Source: an uncultured Candidatus Rokubacteria bacterium (GTDB lineage Bacteria > Methylomirabilota > Methylomirabilia > Rokubacteriales > CSP1-6). From it: a stretch of DNA of 64,000 nucleotides. Shown in pieces: positions 38,423 through 53,597 of this stretch; position 1 is the first letter of the stretch, and each line of letters opens with the position of its first letter. The notes under the pieces are model-generated. The model saw nothing but the letters and a program-made list of their open reading frames with translations. It made no database searches and was not told the DNA's origin. Position numbers and translations under genes: made by a program. The stretch covers positions 32,001-96,000 of the forward strand of contig CAWBMV010000017.1 in assembly GCA_963789955.1 (NCBI GenBank), written 5' to 3'.

Positions 38423-41400
38423 AGTCCACGCTCACCGAGCCCGGCCCGAGCACCGTCTCGCCCTCGGCGACGAGCTCACGGCTGCCGTCGACGGAAAGAC
38501 CGCGGGTACGCACGACGATCTCCTGGCCGCCGATCACGAGGTGCAGGAAGACCGGCACGCGCCCGGGATGCTCGCCGCAGAGCTGCCGCACGGCCGCGAG
38601 CGCGACGCTCGGATCCTCGCCTGGCGTGAAGCGGATCCGGCAGGCGTTCGGCTCGGGCGCGCCGCCGCCGTTCCGCGGGCGATTCGCCGAGTCGGCCAGC
38701 GCCTGCTCGAGCAGCCGCACGTCCTCGGCGAGCACGACACGCCCCTTGTCGCCGTCGTCCACGCGGCCGCGGACCAGCACGGCCTCGCTCGAGCGGAGAC
38801 AGGCCGCCGCCGACTTGAACGGCTCCGGGAACACCGTGACCTCGACGGTGCCGTCCATGTCCTCGAGCGTGAAAAACGCCATCCGATTGCCGCCCTTCGT
38901 GGATGTTTCCTTGAGCCCGGTCGCGTGGCCGAAGAGCAGGACGCGCGAGCCGTGGCCCTTGGCGGCCAGATCGGCGGAGGTCGTGACGCCCAGCGGCTCG
39001 ACGACACCGCGGTAGCGGGCCAGCGGATGGCCCGAGATGTAGAAGCCGAGCACTTCTTTCTCGAACGCGAGCCGTTGATCGGTCTCCCACTCCGGCGTCA
39101 CCTCGGCCGGCGCGCTCGAGCGGGCGGGCGCGGACGCCGGGATCATCTCGAAGAACGACCCCTGACCCTCGGCGCGGTCGCGCTGCTGGCGCTGACCGCT
39201 CTCGAGCGCCACGTCGGTCGTCGCCAGGAGATGCGCGCGCGTGAGGCCGAGCGAGTCGAACGCCCCCGCCTTGATGAGGCTCTCCACCACGCGCCGGTTG
39301 ACCAGCCGGAGATCGACCCGCGCGCAGAAGTCCTCGAGCGTCTTGAAGGTCCCCTCGCTGCTCCGCGACTTCAAGATCGATTGCATCGCCGCCTCGCCGA
39401 CGTTCTTGATCGCGGCCAGGCCGAAGCGGACCGTGTCCCCCGCGACGCTGAACTGCACGGCCGACACGTTCACGTCGGGCGGCTCGCACCTGGATGCCCA
39501 TCGCCCGACACTCTTCGATGTACTTCACGATCTTGTCGGTGTCCCCCATTTCGGAGGTCAGCAGCGCGGCCATGAACTCGACCGGATAGTTGGCCTTGAA
39601 GTACGCGGTCTGATAGGCGACGAGCCCGTAGGCGGCGGCGTGCGATTTGTTGAAGCCGTAGCCCGCGAACTTCTCCATCAGCTCCCAGACGCGCTCGGCC
39701 TTCGCGGCGGTGGTGTTGCGCTCGCGGCAGCCGCCGATGAACTTCTCGCGCTGCTTGGCCATGAGCTCGCGGTCCTTCTTGCCCATGGCGCGGCGGAGGA
39801 TGTCGGCCTCGCCCATGGTGAAGCCCGCCATCTCGGAGGCGATCTGCATGATCTGCTCTTGGTAGACCATGATCCCGTAGGTCTCCCGCGTGAACTTCTC
39901 CATCGCGGGATGCTCGTACGTGATCTTGGACCGACCGTGCTTGCGCTGGATGAAGTCGGGGATGAGCTCCATCGGGCCGGGTCGGTAGAGCGAGACCATC
40001 GCGATCAGATCTTCGAGCTGCTCGGGCCGGAGACCGCGAAGCGCGTCGCGCATGCCCGACGACTCGAGCTGGAACACGCCGAACGTCTTCGCCTCGGAGA
40101 GCATCTCGTACGTCTTCTTGTCGTCGAGCGGGAGCCGCGTCGAGGTCGAGCTCGAGCCCGCGCGACTCCTTGATCAGGGCCACCGTGTTGGCGAGCACGG
40201 TGAGCGTGCGCAAGCCGAGGAAGTCCATCTTGAGAAGACCGAGCTTCTCGATCGGCCCCATCGCGAAGCCGGTGATCAGCTCCGGCCGCTTGGGATCCTT
40301 GTAGAGCGGGATGTACTCCTCGAGCGGCTCGTCGGAGATCACGACGGCCGAGGCGTGCACCGAGGCATGGCGCGTGCAGCCCTCGAGCGTGCGGGCGATC
40401 TCCCACATCTCCTTCACGTTCGGCCTGGCTCCGCACGGCCTCGGCCAGCGGCAGCGACTTCTGATAGGCGTCGTCGAGCGTGATGTTCAGGGGGAAGTTC
40501 GGCACCAGCTTGGCGATGCGATCCACGTCGCCGTACGCCATGCCGAGCACCCGGCCGACGTCGCGGATCGCCGCCTTCGCGCCGAGCGTCCCGAACGTGA
40601 TGATGTGAGCGACGCGGTCGCGGCCGTAGCGTTCGGCCACGTAGCGGATGACCTCGTCGCGGCGGTCGTCCGAGAAGTCGATGTCCATGTCGGGCATCGA
40701 GATCCGCTCGGGGTTCAGGAATCGCTCGAAGAGCAGCCCGTAACGTATCGGATCGACGTTGGTGATGCCCAGGCAGTACGCGGTCAGCGAGCCGGCGGAC
40801 GAGCCGCGTCCGGGGCCGACCGCGATCCCCTGCTCGCGCGCGTAGCGGATGAAGTCCCACACCACCAGGAAGTAGCCCGCGAAGCCCATCTTTTCGATGA
40901 CGGCGAGCTCGTGGGCGAGCCGCGCCTCGATGGCGTCGCCCGGACTCGCTCCGTACCGGCGCTTGAGCCCGGCGTGGGCCAGCTCGTGCAGATAGCTGTC
41001 GAGCGTGTGCTCGCTGGGCACGACGTAGCGCGGCAGGTGGAACTGGTTGAACTCGAGCGTGAGGTTGCAGCGCTCGGCGACCGCGAGCGTGTTCGAGCAG
41101 GCCTCGGGGATCTCGGCGAAGACGCGCGCCATCTCCTCGGCCGACTTGATGTAGAACTCCTGCGTCGAGAACCGGAAGCGGCCGGTGTCTTGAAGATTCG
41201 TCCCGGTCTGGATGCACAGGAGCGCCTCGTGGGCGCGCGAGTGGCCGTTCTCGAGATAGTGCGAGTCGTTCGTGCCGACGACCGGCGCGCCGATCGACTT
41301 CGCGATGCGCAGGGTCTCGGCCATGACCCGTTCCTGCTCCGCGATGCCGTGGGCCTGGACCTCCATGAAGTAGTGGTCCTTGCCGAAGACCTCCTGGTAC

Positions 41401-41894
41401 CACCCGGCCGTCTCGCGCGCTCGGACGGCGTCGCCGGCGCTGAGCATCCGCGACACCTCGGAGTTCAGACAACCCGAGAGCACGAGCAGCCCGTCGGCGT
41501 GCTGCGCGAGCAGCTCGCGATCGACGCGCGGCTTGTAGTAGAAGCCCTCGAGGAACGCCCGGGACACGAGCTTGATGAGGTTCTGGTATCCCGTGCGATT
41601 GCGGACCAGCACCGTCAGGTGGTTGGCGCCTTCGTAGCCGCCGTCCTGCGAGCCGCGCTCCTTGCGGCCGCCCGGCGCGACGTAGAGCTCGCAGCCGAGG
41701 ATCGGCTTGACCCCGGCCTTCTGCGCGGCGAGATAGAAGTCGATCGCGCCGAAGAGGTTGCCGTGATCGGTCAGGGCGATCGCGGGGAACTTGAGCTCCT
41801 TGGCCTTGTCGACCAGCTTCTCGAGCTGAGCGGCGCCGTCGAGCAGGCTGTACTCGGAGTGCACGTGCAGGTGGACGAATTCGCTGTGCTGCAT
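38406..41894 (-). CDS. dnaE: DNA polymerase III alpha subunit (indels near 40422, 40135, 39483)
   Basis: [13 protein letters not shown] (PHP), [47 protein letters not shown] fold. Confidence 0.95.
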
Positions 41895-41905
41895 CGAGCT
41901 CCCGG

Positions 41906-43459
41906 TCACTCCCACTCGATCGTGGAAGGCGGCTTGGACGAGATGTCGAACACGACCCGGTTGATGCCTTTCACCTCGTTGATGATCCGGTTGCTGATGG
42001 TGCCGAGCAGGTCATAGGGCAGCCGCGCCCAGTCCGCGGTCATCGCGTCCTGGCTCGTGACGGCCCGCAGCGCGATGACGTGCGCGTAGGTGCGGTAGTC
42101 GCCCATGACGCCGACGGTCCGGATGGGCAGGAGGACGGCGAAGGCCTGCCAGAGCGTTCGCTCGAGCCCGGCCCGGCGCACCTCTTCCTGCACGACGGCG
42201 TCGGCCTCGCGAAGCAGATCGAGCCGATCCAGGGTCACCTCGCCGAGCACGCGGATCGCGAGCCCGGGCCCGGGGAACGGCTGGCGCCAGACGATCTCGG
42301 GCGGCAGCCCCAGGAGCTCACCGAGCTTGCGCACCTCGTCCTTGAACAGCTCGCGCAGCGGTTCCACGAGCTTGAATTGCATGTTCGGCGGCAGGCCGCC
42401 GACGTTGTGATGCGTCTTGATCGTGGCGGAGGGGCCGCGGAAGGACACCGATTCGATGACGTCGGGGTACAGGGTGCCCTGTGCCAGCCACGGAATGTCG
42501 CCGAGCTTGTTGGCCTCGTCGTCGAACACGGCGATGAACTCGGCGCCGATCCGCTTGCGCTTGATCTCCGGATCGGTCACGTCTCGAATCGCGTCGAGGA
42601 ATCGGGCGGATGCATCCACGTGGATCAGGTTCATCTTGAACGAGTCGCGGAACGTGTGGACGACCGCCTCGGCCTCGCCCTTTCGCAGGAGCCCGTTGTC
42701 GACGAAGACGCACGTGAGCTGGTCGCCGATGGCGCGGTGGACCAGGACGGCGACGACCGAAGAGTCGACGCCGCCCGAGAGCGCGCACAGCACGCGCTGG
42801 CCCTTCACCTGCGTGCGAATGGCTTCGACCGTCGTATCGATGAAGCCGGCCATCGACCACGTCCGGTTCACACCGCACACGGTGAGGAAGTTGTCGAGGA
42901 TCGTCCGCCCCTGCGGGGTGTGGAGAACCTCCGGATGGAACTGGACCGCGTAGAGCCGCCGGTCCTCGTCGGCCATCGCCGCCACCGGGCAGTTCGGAGT
43001 CCTGGCGAGAGAGGTGAAGCCGTTCGGCGGGCGGAGCACGGTGTCCCCGTGGCTCATCCAGACCGTTACCCGGCCGGACTCCTCAGGCTCGACGTTCCGG
43101 AGCAGCGGGCTCGACCCCTGCAGCGTGATCTCCGCCTTGCCGTACTCGCGACGCTCAGCGGGAATGACGTCACCGCCCAGGAGATAGCCCATCGCCTGCA
43201 TCCCGTAGCAGATGCCGAGGACCGGGATGCCCGCGTCGAAGAGCTCCTTCGGCGGCAGCGGCGCACCCTCTTCGTAGACGCTCGACGGTCCCCCGGAGAG
43301 GATGATGCCCTGGTAGCCGGCCGACAGAATCTCAGCGAGCGGATGCGTGCAGGAGAAGATCTCGGAGTAGACGGACATCTCGCGGACACGGCGGGCGATC
43401 AGCTGGGTGTACTGACCGCCGAAATCGAGAACCGCGATCTTGCCGGCGCCGGCCGACAT
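41906..43459 (-). CDS. guaA: GMP synthase (glutamine-hydrolysing)
   Basis: [48 protein letters not shown]. Confidence 0.97.
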   Translation of the reverse strand: MSAGAGKIAVLDFGGQYTQLIARRVREMSVYSEIFSCTHPLAEILSAGYQGIILSGGPSSVYEEGAPLPPKELFDAGIPVLGICYGMQAMGYLLGGDVIPAERREYGKAEITLQGSSPLLRNVEPEESGRVTVWMSHGDTVLRPPNGFTSLARTPNCPVAAMADEDRRLYAVQFHPEVLHTPQGRTILDNFLTVCGVNRTWSMAGFIDTTVEAIRTQVKGQRVLCALSGGVDSSVVAVLVHRAIGDQLTCVFVDNGLLRKGEAEAVVHTFRDSFKMNLIHVDASARFLDAIRDVTDPEIKRKRIGAEFIAVFDDEANKLGDIPWLAQGTLYPDVIESVSFRGPSATIKTHHNVGGLPPNMQFKLVEPLRELFKDEVRKLGELLGLPPEIVWRQPFPGPGLAIRVLGEVTLDRLDLLREADAVVQEEVRRAGLERTLWQAFAVLLPIRTVGVMGDYRTYAHVIALRAVTSQDAMTADWARLPYDLLGTISNRIINEVKGINRVVFDISSKPPSTIEWE

Positions 43460-43469
43460 CGGCGCCCCG

Positions 43470-44631
43470 CTACCGCGGGCGCCCGAGCTTCTGAGCCTGC
43501 TGGAAGACCTTACCTTCGGTCTTGATCGTCGGCGCGATGATCAGCTCGGTCTGCTGCAGGTCGCGGATCGTGCGCGCGCCGACCGAGCCCATGCACGTCC
43601 GGATCGCGCCGACCAGGTTGAGCGTGCCGTCCTCCGTGAACGCCGGCCCGAAGAGGATCTGCTCGAGCGAGCCCGCGATCCCGACGCGGATCCGGGTGCC
43701 GCGCGGCAGGTTGGCGTGCGGCGTCGCCATGCCCCAGTGGTAGCCGCGGCCCGGCGCTTCGATCGCGCGCGCGAAGGCGGAGCCGATCATGACCGCGTCG
43801 GCGCCCGAGGCGAACGCCTTGCACACGTCGCCGCCGGTCGTCATGCCGCCGTCGGTGATGATCGGCACGTATCGGCCGCTCTGCTTGCCAGTAGAAGTCG
43901 CGCGCGGCGGCGGCGTCGGCCGTGGCGGTCACCTGCGGCACGCCGAGGCCCAGCACCTCGCGGCTCGTGCACGCCGCGCCCGGACCCACCCCGATCAGGA
44001 GCGCGTCGGCGCCGACGTCCATCAGCTCGAGGCAGGCTTCGTAGGTGACGACGTTGCCGATGACGAGCGGGATGGCCAGCTGCTTCTTCAGCTTTCGGAG
44101 GTCGACCGGCGTGTACTCGGTGGCGATGTGGCGAGCCGTGGTCACGGTCGACTGGACCACGAAGATGTCCGCGCCGGCCTCCTGCGCGATCTGGGCGAAT
44201 CGTTCGGCCCGCTGCGGGATGGAGGAGACCACCGCCGGGCCCCCACCCTTCTTGATCTCGCTGATCCGCTGATGGATCAGCTCTTCCTTGATCGGCTCTC
44301 CGTAGATCGACTGGATGATCTTGGTCGCCTCTTCCTGGCTGGCCGAGACGATCCGTTCGAGCACTTCGGCGGGGTTGGCGTAGCGGGAGAAGATGCCTTC
44401 GAGGTTCAGGACCGCGAGGCCGCCGTGGCGGCCCATCTCGATCGCCGACCGCGGCCCGACGACGCCGTCCATGGCCGCGGCGATGATCGGCAGGTCGAAC
44501 CGGTGGCCGCAGAGCTCCCAGGAGATGTCGACCTCGTTCGGGTTGACCGTGACCGCCCCGGGCACAAGCGCGATGTCATCGAACCCGTACGCGACCCTGG
44601 CTTTGCGCCCTCGCCCGACCCACATCCCCAT
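43470..44631 (-). CDS. guaB: GuaB3-family IMP dehydrogenase (indel near 43885)
   Basis: [47 protein letters not shown]; adjacent to guaA. Confidence 0.9.
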
Positions 44632-44721
44632 CGGCTAGCCTCCCTTGAGAGCCGTACGCCGTTTTCGCCTCGGGTCCCGTATATAGGGATACAGCGCGAC
44701 CCGACCTACTAGATTTCGTGC

Positions 44722-44750
44722 AGTATACCCACGAGGCCGGACGGTGTCAA
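44722..44750 (-). promoter_or_regulatory. Near-consensus sigma70 promoter for guaB-guaA-dnaE-accA
   Basis: Reverse strand TTGACA, 17-nt spacer, TATACT; the -35 overlaps the coaX stop codon. Confidence 0.7.
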
Positions 44751-45530
44751 CGGCGCGGAGCGGCCGGGTGAGCCTCTTCGTAGAGCAGGCGCAGCCCGTC
44801 GAGCCTGAGGTTCTCATCGAGCCGCTCGATGCAACGGGCGACATCGGTCAGGAGCCCGGCGTTGCCGCCGGTGGCGATCACCTTGGCTCCTCCGCCGAGC
44901 TCCGCCTGCATGCGCTCGACCAGACCCTCGACCAGCCCGGCGTAACCGTAGATCGCGCCTGACTGGAGGTTGGTCGTCGTGTTACGGCCGATGGCCTCCT
45001 TGGGTCGGACCAGCTCGACCCGGGCGAGGCGCGCGGCCCGGTTGACCAGCGCCTCCACCGAGGTGACGATCCCCGGCGCGATGGCGCCGCCGATGAACTC
45101 GCCCCGGCGGTTGACGCAGTTGAACGTGGTCGCCGTTCCGAAGTCGATGACGATCAGCGGCTGGCCGTACTTTGCGCGACGCCGCGAACGCATCGACGTA
45201 CCGGTCGGCACCGACCTCGCGCGGGGCGTCGACCGCGAGCGGCATCCGGGTGTTCAGTCCGGGCTCGACGAAAAACGGTGGCCGGCTGAAGTACTTCTCG
45301 CACATCCACTCGAGCGTCTGCTGCACCGGCGGCACCACGTTGGAGATCGACACACCGTCGATGCTCGCCGCTCGAACGCCCCGAGACTGGAGCATCGTCT
45401 CGATGAAGAGCCCGTACTCGTCGGCGGTCTGCTCGCGCCGGCTCGTGAGCCGCCACGAGGCGACCAGGCGCTCACCGTCGAACACGCCGATCTTGGTGTT
45501 GGTGTTGCCGACGTCGGCGACGAGCAGCAT
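44747..45530 (-). CDS. coaX: Type III pantothenate kinase (indel near 45175)
   Basis: DVGNTN, SNVVP, VGADR, IDFGTATT, GGAIAPG, IATGG. Confidence 0.93.
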
Positions 45531-45562
45531 GCCGCGCTCTCCTTTTGGTTTCCCGTCGCGCC

Positions 45563-46338
45563 TCAGCGCGGAACAGGCGCTCCAGCGGCCTCGCTCGAGC
45601 TCACGGTTCCGGCCACCACCCGCCTGACCGAGCCGCCCACGTCGATGAGCAGCGCGCCATCGACGTCGAGGTCGGTCGCGGTACCGGTGACGCCATCGAC
45701 CGTGACCCGACGCCCGAGCGTGTCGCTGAGGCGCCGCCATCCTTCGCGGACCGGGCCGAAGCCTTCGCCCTCGAGCCGTGCACGCCAGGCGTCGAACTCC
45801 TCGAGGAGGGCCGTCGAGCACGGCTTCGCGGCCGGGCGCCCGTCCCGTCTCGAGCGCGACCGACGTCGCGCTGTCCGCCAGATCCGCCGGGAACTCGCGC
45901 TGGCCGAGATTGATGCCGACGCCGATGATCGTCACGATCGCGGGCCCGGCGTGCGCCAAGCCGCCCGGGGCGGGTACGCCCCCGGTGCGCGACTCGAGCA
46001 AGATTCCGGCGATCTTCCGGCCCGACACGAGGACGTCGTTCGGCCACTTGAGCCGCGCGTCCACGCGAGCCACGCGACGCAGGGCCTCGGCGGCAGCGAC
46101 CGCGGTCGTGAGCGACAAGGTGGACAGGAGCGCCTGCGGCAGGCGCGGCCGCACGATGATCGAGGCCAGCAGGCTCGTCCCGGTGGGCGCGCTCCAGGTT
46201 CGTCCCCGCCGGCCGCGTCCCGCCAGCTGCTGGTCGGCGACCACGACCGTGCGATCGGCGGCGCCGCGCTCGGCGAGCGCGAAGGCGACGGACTGGGTCG
46301 AATCGACGGTGTCCAGGCGGACGACGACGCCGAGAGCG

Positions 46339-46355
<17 letters not shown>
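45563..46355 (-). CDS. birA: Biotin-[acetyl-CoA-carboxylase] ligase without HTH (indel near 45812)
   Basis: VDSTQ, QLAGRGRRGRTW, LKWPNDV, KIAGILLE, IGVGIN. Confidence 0.9.
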
Positions 46356-48985
<2,630 letters not shown>

Positions 48986-48989
<4 letters not shown>

Positions 48990-50029
48990 GGGAGCACCGG
49001 GGCGGCGGCGACCAGCCTCCATCGCGCGGTGCCGCGCTGGAAGGTCAGCGCCCAGGGCGTGTGCTCGGACGTCGCGGCCACCGATACCGAGTGGGGATTC
49101 GACACGCTGTCGGCGGCGTCGCACGCCGCGTCGGGCCGCAAGGTGGACGGAAGCCGACGCCGGATCTGCGGGTCGGCCACGAGCTTGGCCACGCGCGCGT
49201 CGTCGCCGGCCGCGAGCGCGTCGAAGAGCTGGGTCACCGTCGCGCGAAGCTCCCGGTGCCAGGCGTTGAGCTCGCGCCCGGCGCGGCGGACGAGCGTGCC
49301 GCTCTCCGCCGCGGTGCGGAACACGTCCTCGGCTTCGGTCTGTCCCTCGCATCCGGGTGTGCGACCCGGATAGTCGGGCTCGTAGCGCACGCGGATCTCG
49401 CTGCCGCGCACCGAGTACGTGCGCGCCATCAACCCTTCGGGGAAGAGGTCGTTCGACGACCAGACGACCCGTAGATCGTCGCCGTACTGGCGGACGAGGT
49501 CGAGGCGCAAGGTGCGAATGCCGCGGCCCGTGGCGGGCCCCTCCCAGGCGGTCACGAACTGGGCGGCGCCGCCCGGAGCCGGAGCCCACGGGTAGACCGT
49601 CGGGCGTCCTTCTCGCGAGAGCGTCGTCAAGAGGGCGGCTTCGTTGCCGAGTCGCCCGTAGACGCGCACCGAGTTGGCCCCGGGCACGTCGCTCATCTGG
49701 AACGCGCCGACCATGAGGCGGCCGACGCGGACGACGTCGACGGCGGCGGCGCCCCAGGCTTCGCCGAACGCGTCCAGCCTATCCTGAAGGAAGCCGGTCG
49801 ACGCATAGAGGCCGCCGGTGCCGAGGCTCTCGACGATCTCCTCGTCGAGGAGCGCGTACATCTCGCGGTAGGCGTCGGGCGAGCCGTCCGGTGAGCCGTT
49901 TCCGATCGATCGCGCGCGCGCCAGGGTCCGGAACTGATCGAGGCGATCGACCGGGCCGGCCGCGTCGGGCCGGTCGGTCACGAGGGCGGCCGTGCCGAGC
50001 ATCGCGAGGCCGGCGAGTAATTTCCGCAT
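48986..50029 (-). CDS. Hypothetical exported protein
   Basis: Signal-peptide-like MRKLLAGLAMLGTAALV; about 347 aa; stop overlaps the valS GTG start. Confidence 0.65.
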
Positions 50030-50075
50030 CCTGCCAACAGTTAGCCGCCTCACGCGCCTATGGTACAACAGACTC

Positions 50076-52436
50076 GTGCGGTTCCCGGTTCTCGATCGGT
50101 ACATCGCGCGCGAGCTGGTCTCGCCGTTCGCGTTCGGCTGCGCGTTGTTGACGTTCTTCCTGGTCATCGATCGGATCTACCACCTGACCGACCTGGTGAT
50201 CACGAAGGGCGTCCCCTTTCTCCTGGTGATGCAGCTCCTGGTGTTCATGCTCCCGTCCTTCCTGGCGCACACCTTCCCGATGGCGCTGCTGGTGGCGGTG
50301 CTGCTGGCGGGCGGACGGCTGGCGAGCGATCTGGAGATCGTGGCGTTCAAGGCGGCGGGCGTGAGCGCGCTGCGGCTCTTCCGGCCGGTCATGGCCGCGG
50401 CGTTGCTGGTGACGGTGGTGACGGCGTGGCTGACCCTCGTCGTGAACCCGGCGGCGAACGGCGAGTTCAACCGGCAGCTGTTCCGCATTCTGCAGGCGCG
50501 GGCGGTCAGCGGGCTGCAGGAACGCATCTTCAACTCGACCTTCGGCGACCTGACGATCTACGTCGAGGACGTGAGCGCCTCGCAGGTGGCGTTGCGCGGC
50601 CTCCTGGTGTCGGACGAGCGCGATCCGACCTTGTCACGCATCATCTCCTCCCGCGAGGGCCGCCTCCTCACCGACGAGGCGAATCGGCGCATCACCTTGC
50701 GCATGATCAACGGCGCCGTCAACGAGGCCGACATCGTCCCGGTCGACGTGCCGAAGACCATGGTCGACACGCCGACGCCGACGAGCGGCGCGGCGGGCGC
50801 CTCGCGCTATCGCTACACGCGCTTCGACATCTACGACATGAGCTTGTCGGTCGATTCCCCGCTGAAGGGCGCGCCGCGCGTCGAGAAGCCCGAGAAGGAT
50901 CTCTCGCTCGGAGAGCTCGACGCGAAGATCGCCGAGTACCGGAACGATCCGCACAGCCGCGCGCCGTTCGAGATCGAGCGCCACAAGCGATACGCGCTGC
51001 CGATGGCCGCACTGGTCTTCGGGCTGGTGGCGTTTCCCCTGGCGATCCGCTCGCACCGCGGCGGGCGGAGCATCGCGCTGGTCGGCAGCCTCGCGATTCT
51101 CGTCACCTACTACCTCATGATGACCTCGCTCGAGGGCGCGGCGCTGCGCGCGCGCGTTCCCGCGATCGTGGCGATCTGGGCGCCGAACGTGCTGTTCGGC
51201 GTGGCAGGGCTCACGCTCCTGGTCGCGACGGCCCGCGAATGGCGCTGGCCGGCGATGCCGGCGCTGTGGCGCGTGGTCGAGGCGGTGCGGCGCGCCGTGC
51301 CCGGCCGTCCCACCTGGCGCCCGCGTGGTCACGCGGCGAGCGGCGCGCGCGATTCGACGCACATCATCGATCGATATCTGGTGCGCGAATATCTGTCGTT
51401 CATGGGGATCGGGCTGGCGGTCGCGGCGGCGCTGTTCATCGTGGTCGACCTGGTGAAGACCCTCGACAAGTATCTGCGCGTGAAGCCGCCGCTCATGTAC
51501 ATCCTGGAGCACTTTGCGTACCGCCTGCCGGCGGCGCTGCACGACGGGCTCCCGGTCGTGATGCTGGTGGCGACCATCTTCCTGTTCCTGACCTTGAGCC
51601 GCTATCACGAGCTGACCGCGCTCAAGGCGGCGGGTGTGAGTCTGTATCGGGTCAGCGCGCCGGTGCTGGGCGTGGGGCTGCTCGTGGCCATCGGCGCGGG
51701 ACTCTTTCAGGAGCTGGCGCTGCCGGTCCTCAACGAGCGTGGCGACGAGGTCGATCGCGTGAAGATCCGCGGCCAGGCCCCGCGGCACCTGCAGACGCGG
51801 CAACGGCTGTGGGTGCGGAGCGCGGACACGCGGTTCTACCGGGTGGAGCTCCTCAATCCGGCGACCAACGATCTGTACGGCCTGACGATCCTGGAGCTCG
51901 ACCGAGACTTCCGGCTGACCGGGCGGCTCGACGCGCGCCGCGCCCACTGGACGGCGGGAGGCTGGGAGCTGAGCGAGGGGGCGTACCGGGACATCGGCGA
52001 CGACGGCAAGGTGCAAACCGTGCCGTTCAGCTGGACGGCGCTGGACCTCAAGGAGGAGCTCGACGACTTCCTGCGGATCCAGAAGCCGGTGGGCACGATG
52101 AGCTTCTGGGAGCTGCGTGACTACATCGGCCAGCTCGAGGCCGCCGGGTTCCAGATCCGCAAGTACCTGGTCGAGCTCTACTCGAAGCTGTCGTTCCCGC
52201 TGGTCAACCTCGTGATGGTGCTGGTCGCGATCCCGTTCGCGCTGCAGTCCCCGCGGGGCGGCCGGCTCTTCGGCATCGGGCTGGCGATCATGATCATGGC
52301 GGGATATCTCGTGGTCCACTACGTCGCCCTGGCCTTCGCGCGCGCGGACCTGCTGCCGCCGCTGATCGCGGCGTGGACGGCCAACGTGATCTTCATGGGC
52401 ATCGGCGTTTCGCTCTTGCTCCGCGCCCGTACCTGA
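50076..52436 (+). CDS. Fused LptF-LptG LPS export ABC permease
   Basis: Two tandem YjgP/Q units, each starting DRY(I/L)xRE and containing E(I/L)xAxKAAGVS; one uninterrupted frame. Confidence 0.9.
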   Translation: MRFPVLDRYIARELVSPFAFGCALLTFFLVIDRIYHLTDLVITKGVPFLLVMQLLVFMLPSFLAHTFPMALLVAVLLAGGRLASDLEIVAFKAAGVSALRLFRPVMAAALLVTVVTAWLTLVVNPAANGEFNRQLFRILQARAVSGLQERIFNSTFGDLTIYVEDVSASQVALRGLLVSDERDPTLSRIISSREGRLLTDEANRRITLRMINGAVNEADIVPVDVPKTMVDTPTPTSGAAGASRYRYTRFDIYDMSLSVDSPLKGAPRVEKPEKDLSLGELDAKIAEYRNDPHSRAPFEIERHKRYALPMAALVFGLVAFPLAIRSHRGGRSIALVGSLAILVTYYLMMTSLEGAALRARVPAIVAIWAPNVLFGVAGLTLLVATAREWRWPAMPALWRVVEAVRRAVPGRPTWRPRGHAASGARDSTHIIDRYLVREYLSFMGIGLAVAAALFIVVDLVKTLDKYLRVKPPLMYILEHFAYRLPAALHDGLPVVMLVATIFLFLTLSRYHELTALKAAGVSLYRVSAPVLGVGLLVAIGAGLFQELALPVLNERGDEVDRVKIRGQAPRHLQTRQRLWVRSADTRFYRVELLNPATNDLYGLTILELDRDFRLTGRLDARRAHWTAGGWELSEGAYRDIGDDGKVQTVPFSWTALDLKEELDDFLRIQKPVGTMSFWELRDYIGQLEAAGFQIRKYLVELYSKLSFPLVNLVMVLVAIPFALQSPRGGRLFGIGLAIMIMAGYLVVHYVALAFARADLLPPLIAAWTANVIFMGIGVSLLLRART

Positions 52437-52568
52437 GCGCGCTGTCCCGTTGACAGTTCCGCCGGACCGCCGCATCATTCGTCATCGATTTACAGGCGCG
52501 TCCTGGCCGGCGGGGAGCCCGGGGCCTTCAGCGCCGGCGACGTCCCTAACCCGTTCGGGAGAGACTCG

Positions 52569-53597
52569 ATGACGATCACGGTGTACGGCGCCGGCGCGAT
52601 CGGCGGCGTGACGGGCGCGGCGCTCGCCCGCGCGGGCCACGACGTGCTGCTCGTCGATCGCGCAGAGGACCATGTCGCGGCGATGAATGCTCACGGTCTG
52701 ACCATCGAGAGCCGCGAGGGCTCGGCCACCATACCGGTGCGCGCGATCGCCCCCGGAGCGCTCGGCCGAGAGCTCGGTCTGGTGCTGCTCGCCGTCAAGT
52801 CGCAGGACACGCCGGCAGCCCTCGAGATCCTGGCCCCTCGCCTGGCCGCGGACGGCGCGATCGTGTCCTTGCAGAACGGACTCAACGAGGAGCTGATCGC
52901 CCGGGCGGTCGGCGCAGCGCGTACCGTGGGATGTCTCGTCAACTGGGCCGCGGACTGGATCGCGCCCGGCCGGATCCTGCACGGCGGCCATGGCGCCCTG
53001 GTGCTCGGTGAGCTCGACGGCCGCATGAGCGACCGCGTCCAGGGCCTCGCCAAGCTGCTCGCCGTCGTGGCGCCGACCGAGGTGACGGCCAACATCCTCG
53101 GCTACACATGGGCCAAGCACGTCTACGGCTCGCTGCTGGTCGCGACCGCGGTCGTGGACGCCCACGTGTACGAGGTGGTCGAGCGCTCGCCCGAGGTCCA
53201 GCAGATGCTGGTGGCGCTCGTCATCGAGAACATGCGCGCCGCGGAGGCCGCCGGGATCCGGCTGGAGCCCTTCGACGAGTACGCGCCCGCGGACTACCGC
53301 GCCGCCGCCCTCGGGGATGCCGCCGCCCGCACGCGGGCGATGGCGATCATCGGGGAGCACTATCGCCAGCACACCAAGACCAAGACCGGCATCTGGCGCG
53401 ACCTCGCCGTGCGCCGGCGCAAGACCGAGGTCGGGGCGCTGCTCGGCGCCACGGTGACGAAGGCCAGGACGCTCGGCGTGGCCATGCCGCTGACGGAACG
53501 GCTCATCGCGATGATCGAGGATCTCGAGCTCGGCCGGCGCGTGATGAGCTGGAGCAATGTCGACGAGCTGGTGGCGGCGAGCCGGAGGAGCGCATGA
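52569..53597 (+). CDS. Ketopantoate reductase (PanE/ApbA)-family oxidoreductase
   Basis: GAGAIGG, LAVKSQD, SLQNGLNE, WAK, KTEV. Confidence 0.85.
   Translation: MTITVYGAGAIGGVTGAALARAGHDVLLVDRAEDHVAAMNAHGLTIESREGSATIPVRAIAPGALGRELGLVLLAVKSQDTPAALEILAPRLAADGAIVSLQNGLNEELIARAVGAARTVGCLVNWAADWIAPGRILHGGHGALVLGELDGRMSDRVQGLAKLLAVVAPTEVTANILGYTWAKHVYGSLLVATAVVDAHVYEVVERSPEVQQMLVALVIENMRAAEAAGIRLEPFDEYAPADYRAAALGDAAARTRAMAIIGEHYRQHTKTKTGIWRDLAVRRRKTEVGALLGATVTKARTLGVAMPLTERLIAMIEDLELGRRVMSWSNVDELVAASRRSA

Noticed and set aside
52450..52568. Riboswitch upstream of the PanE-like gene
   Set aside because: A TTGACA and a GC-rich leader are present, but I could not match any riboswitch consensus.
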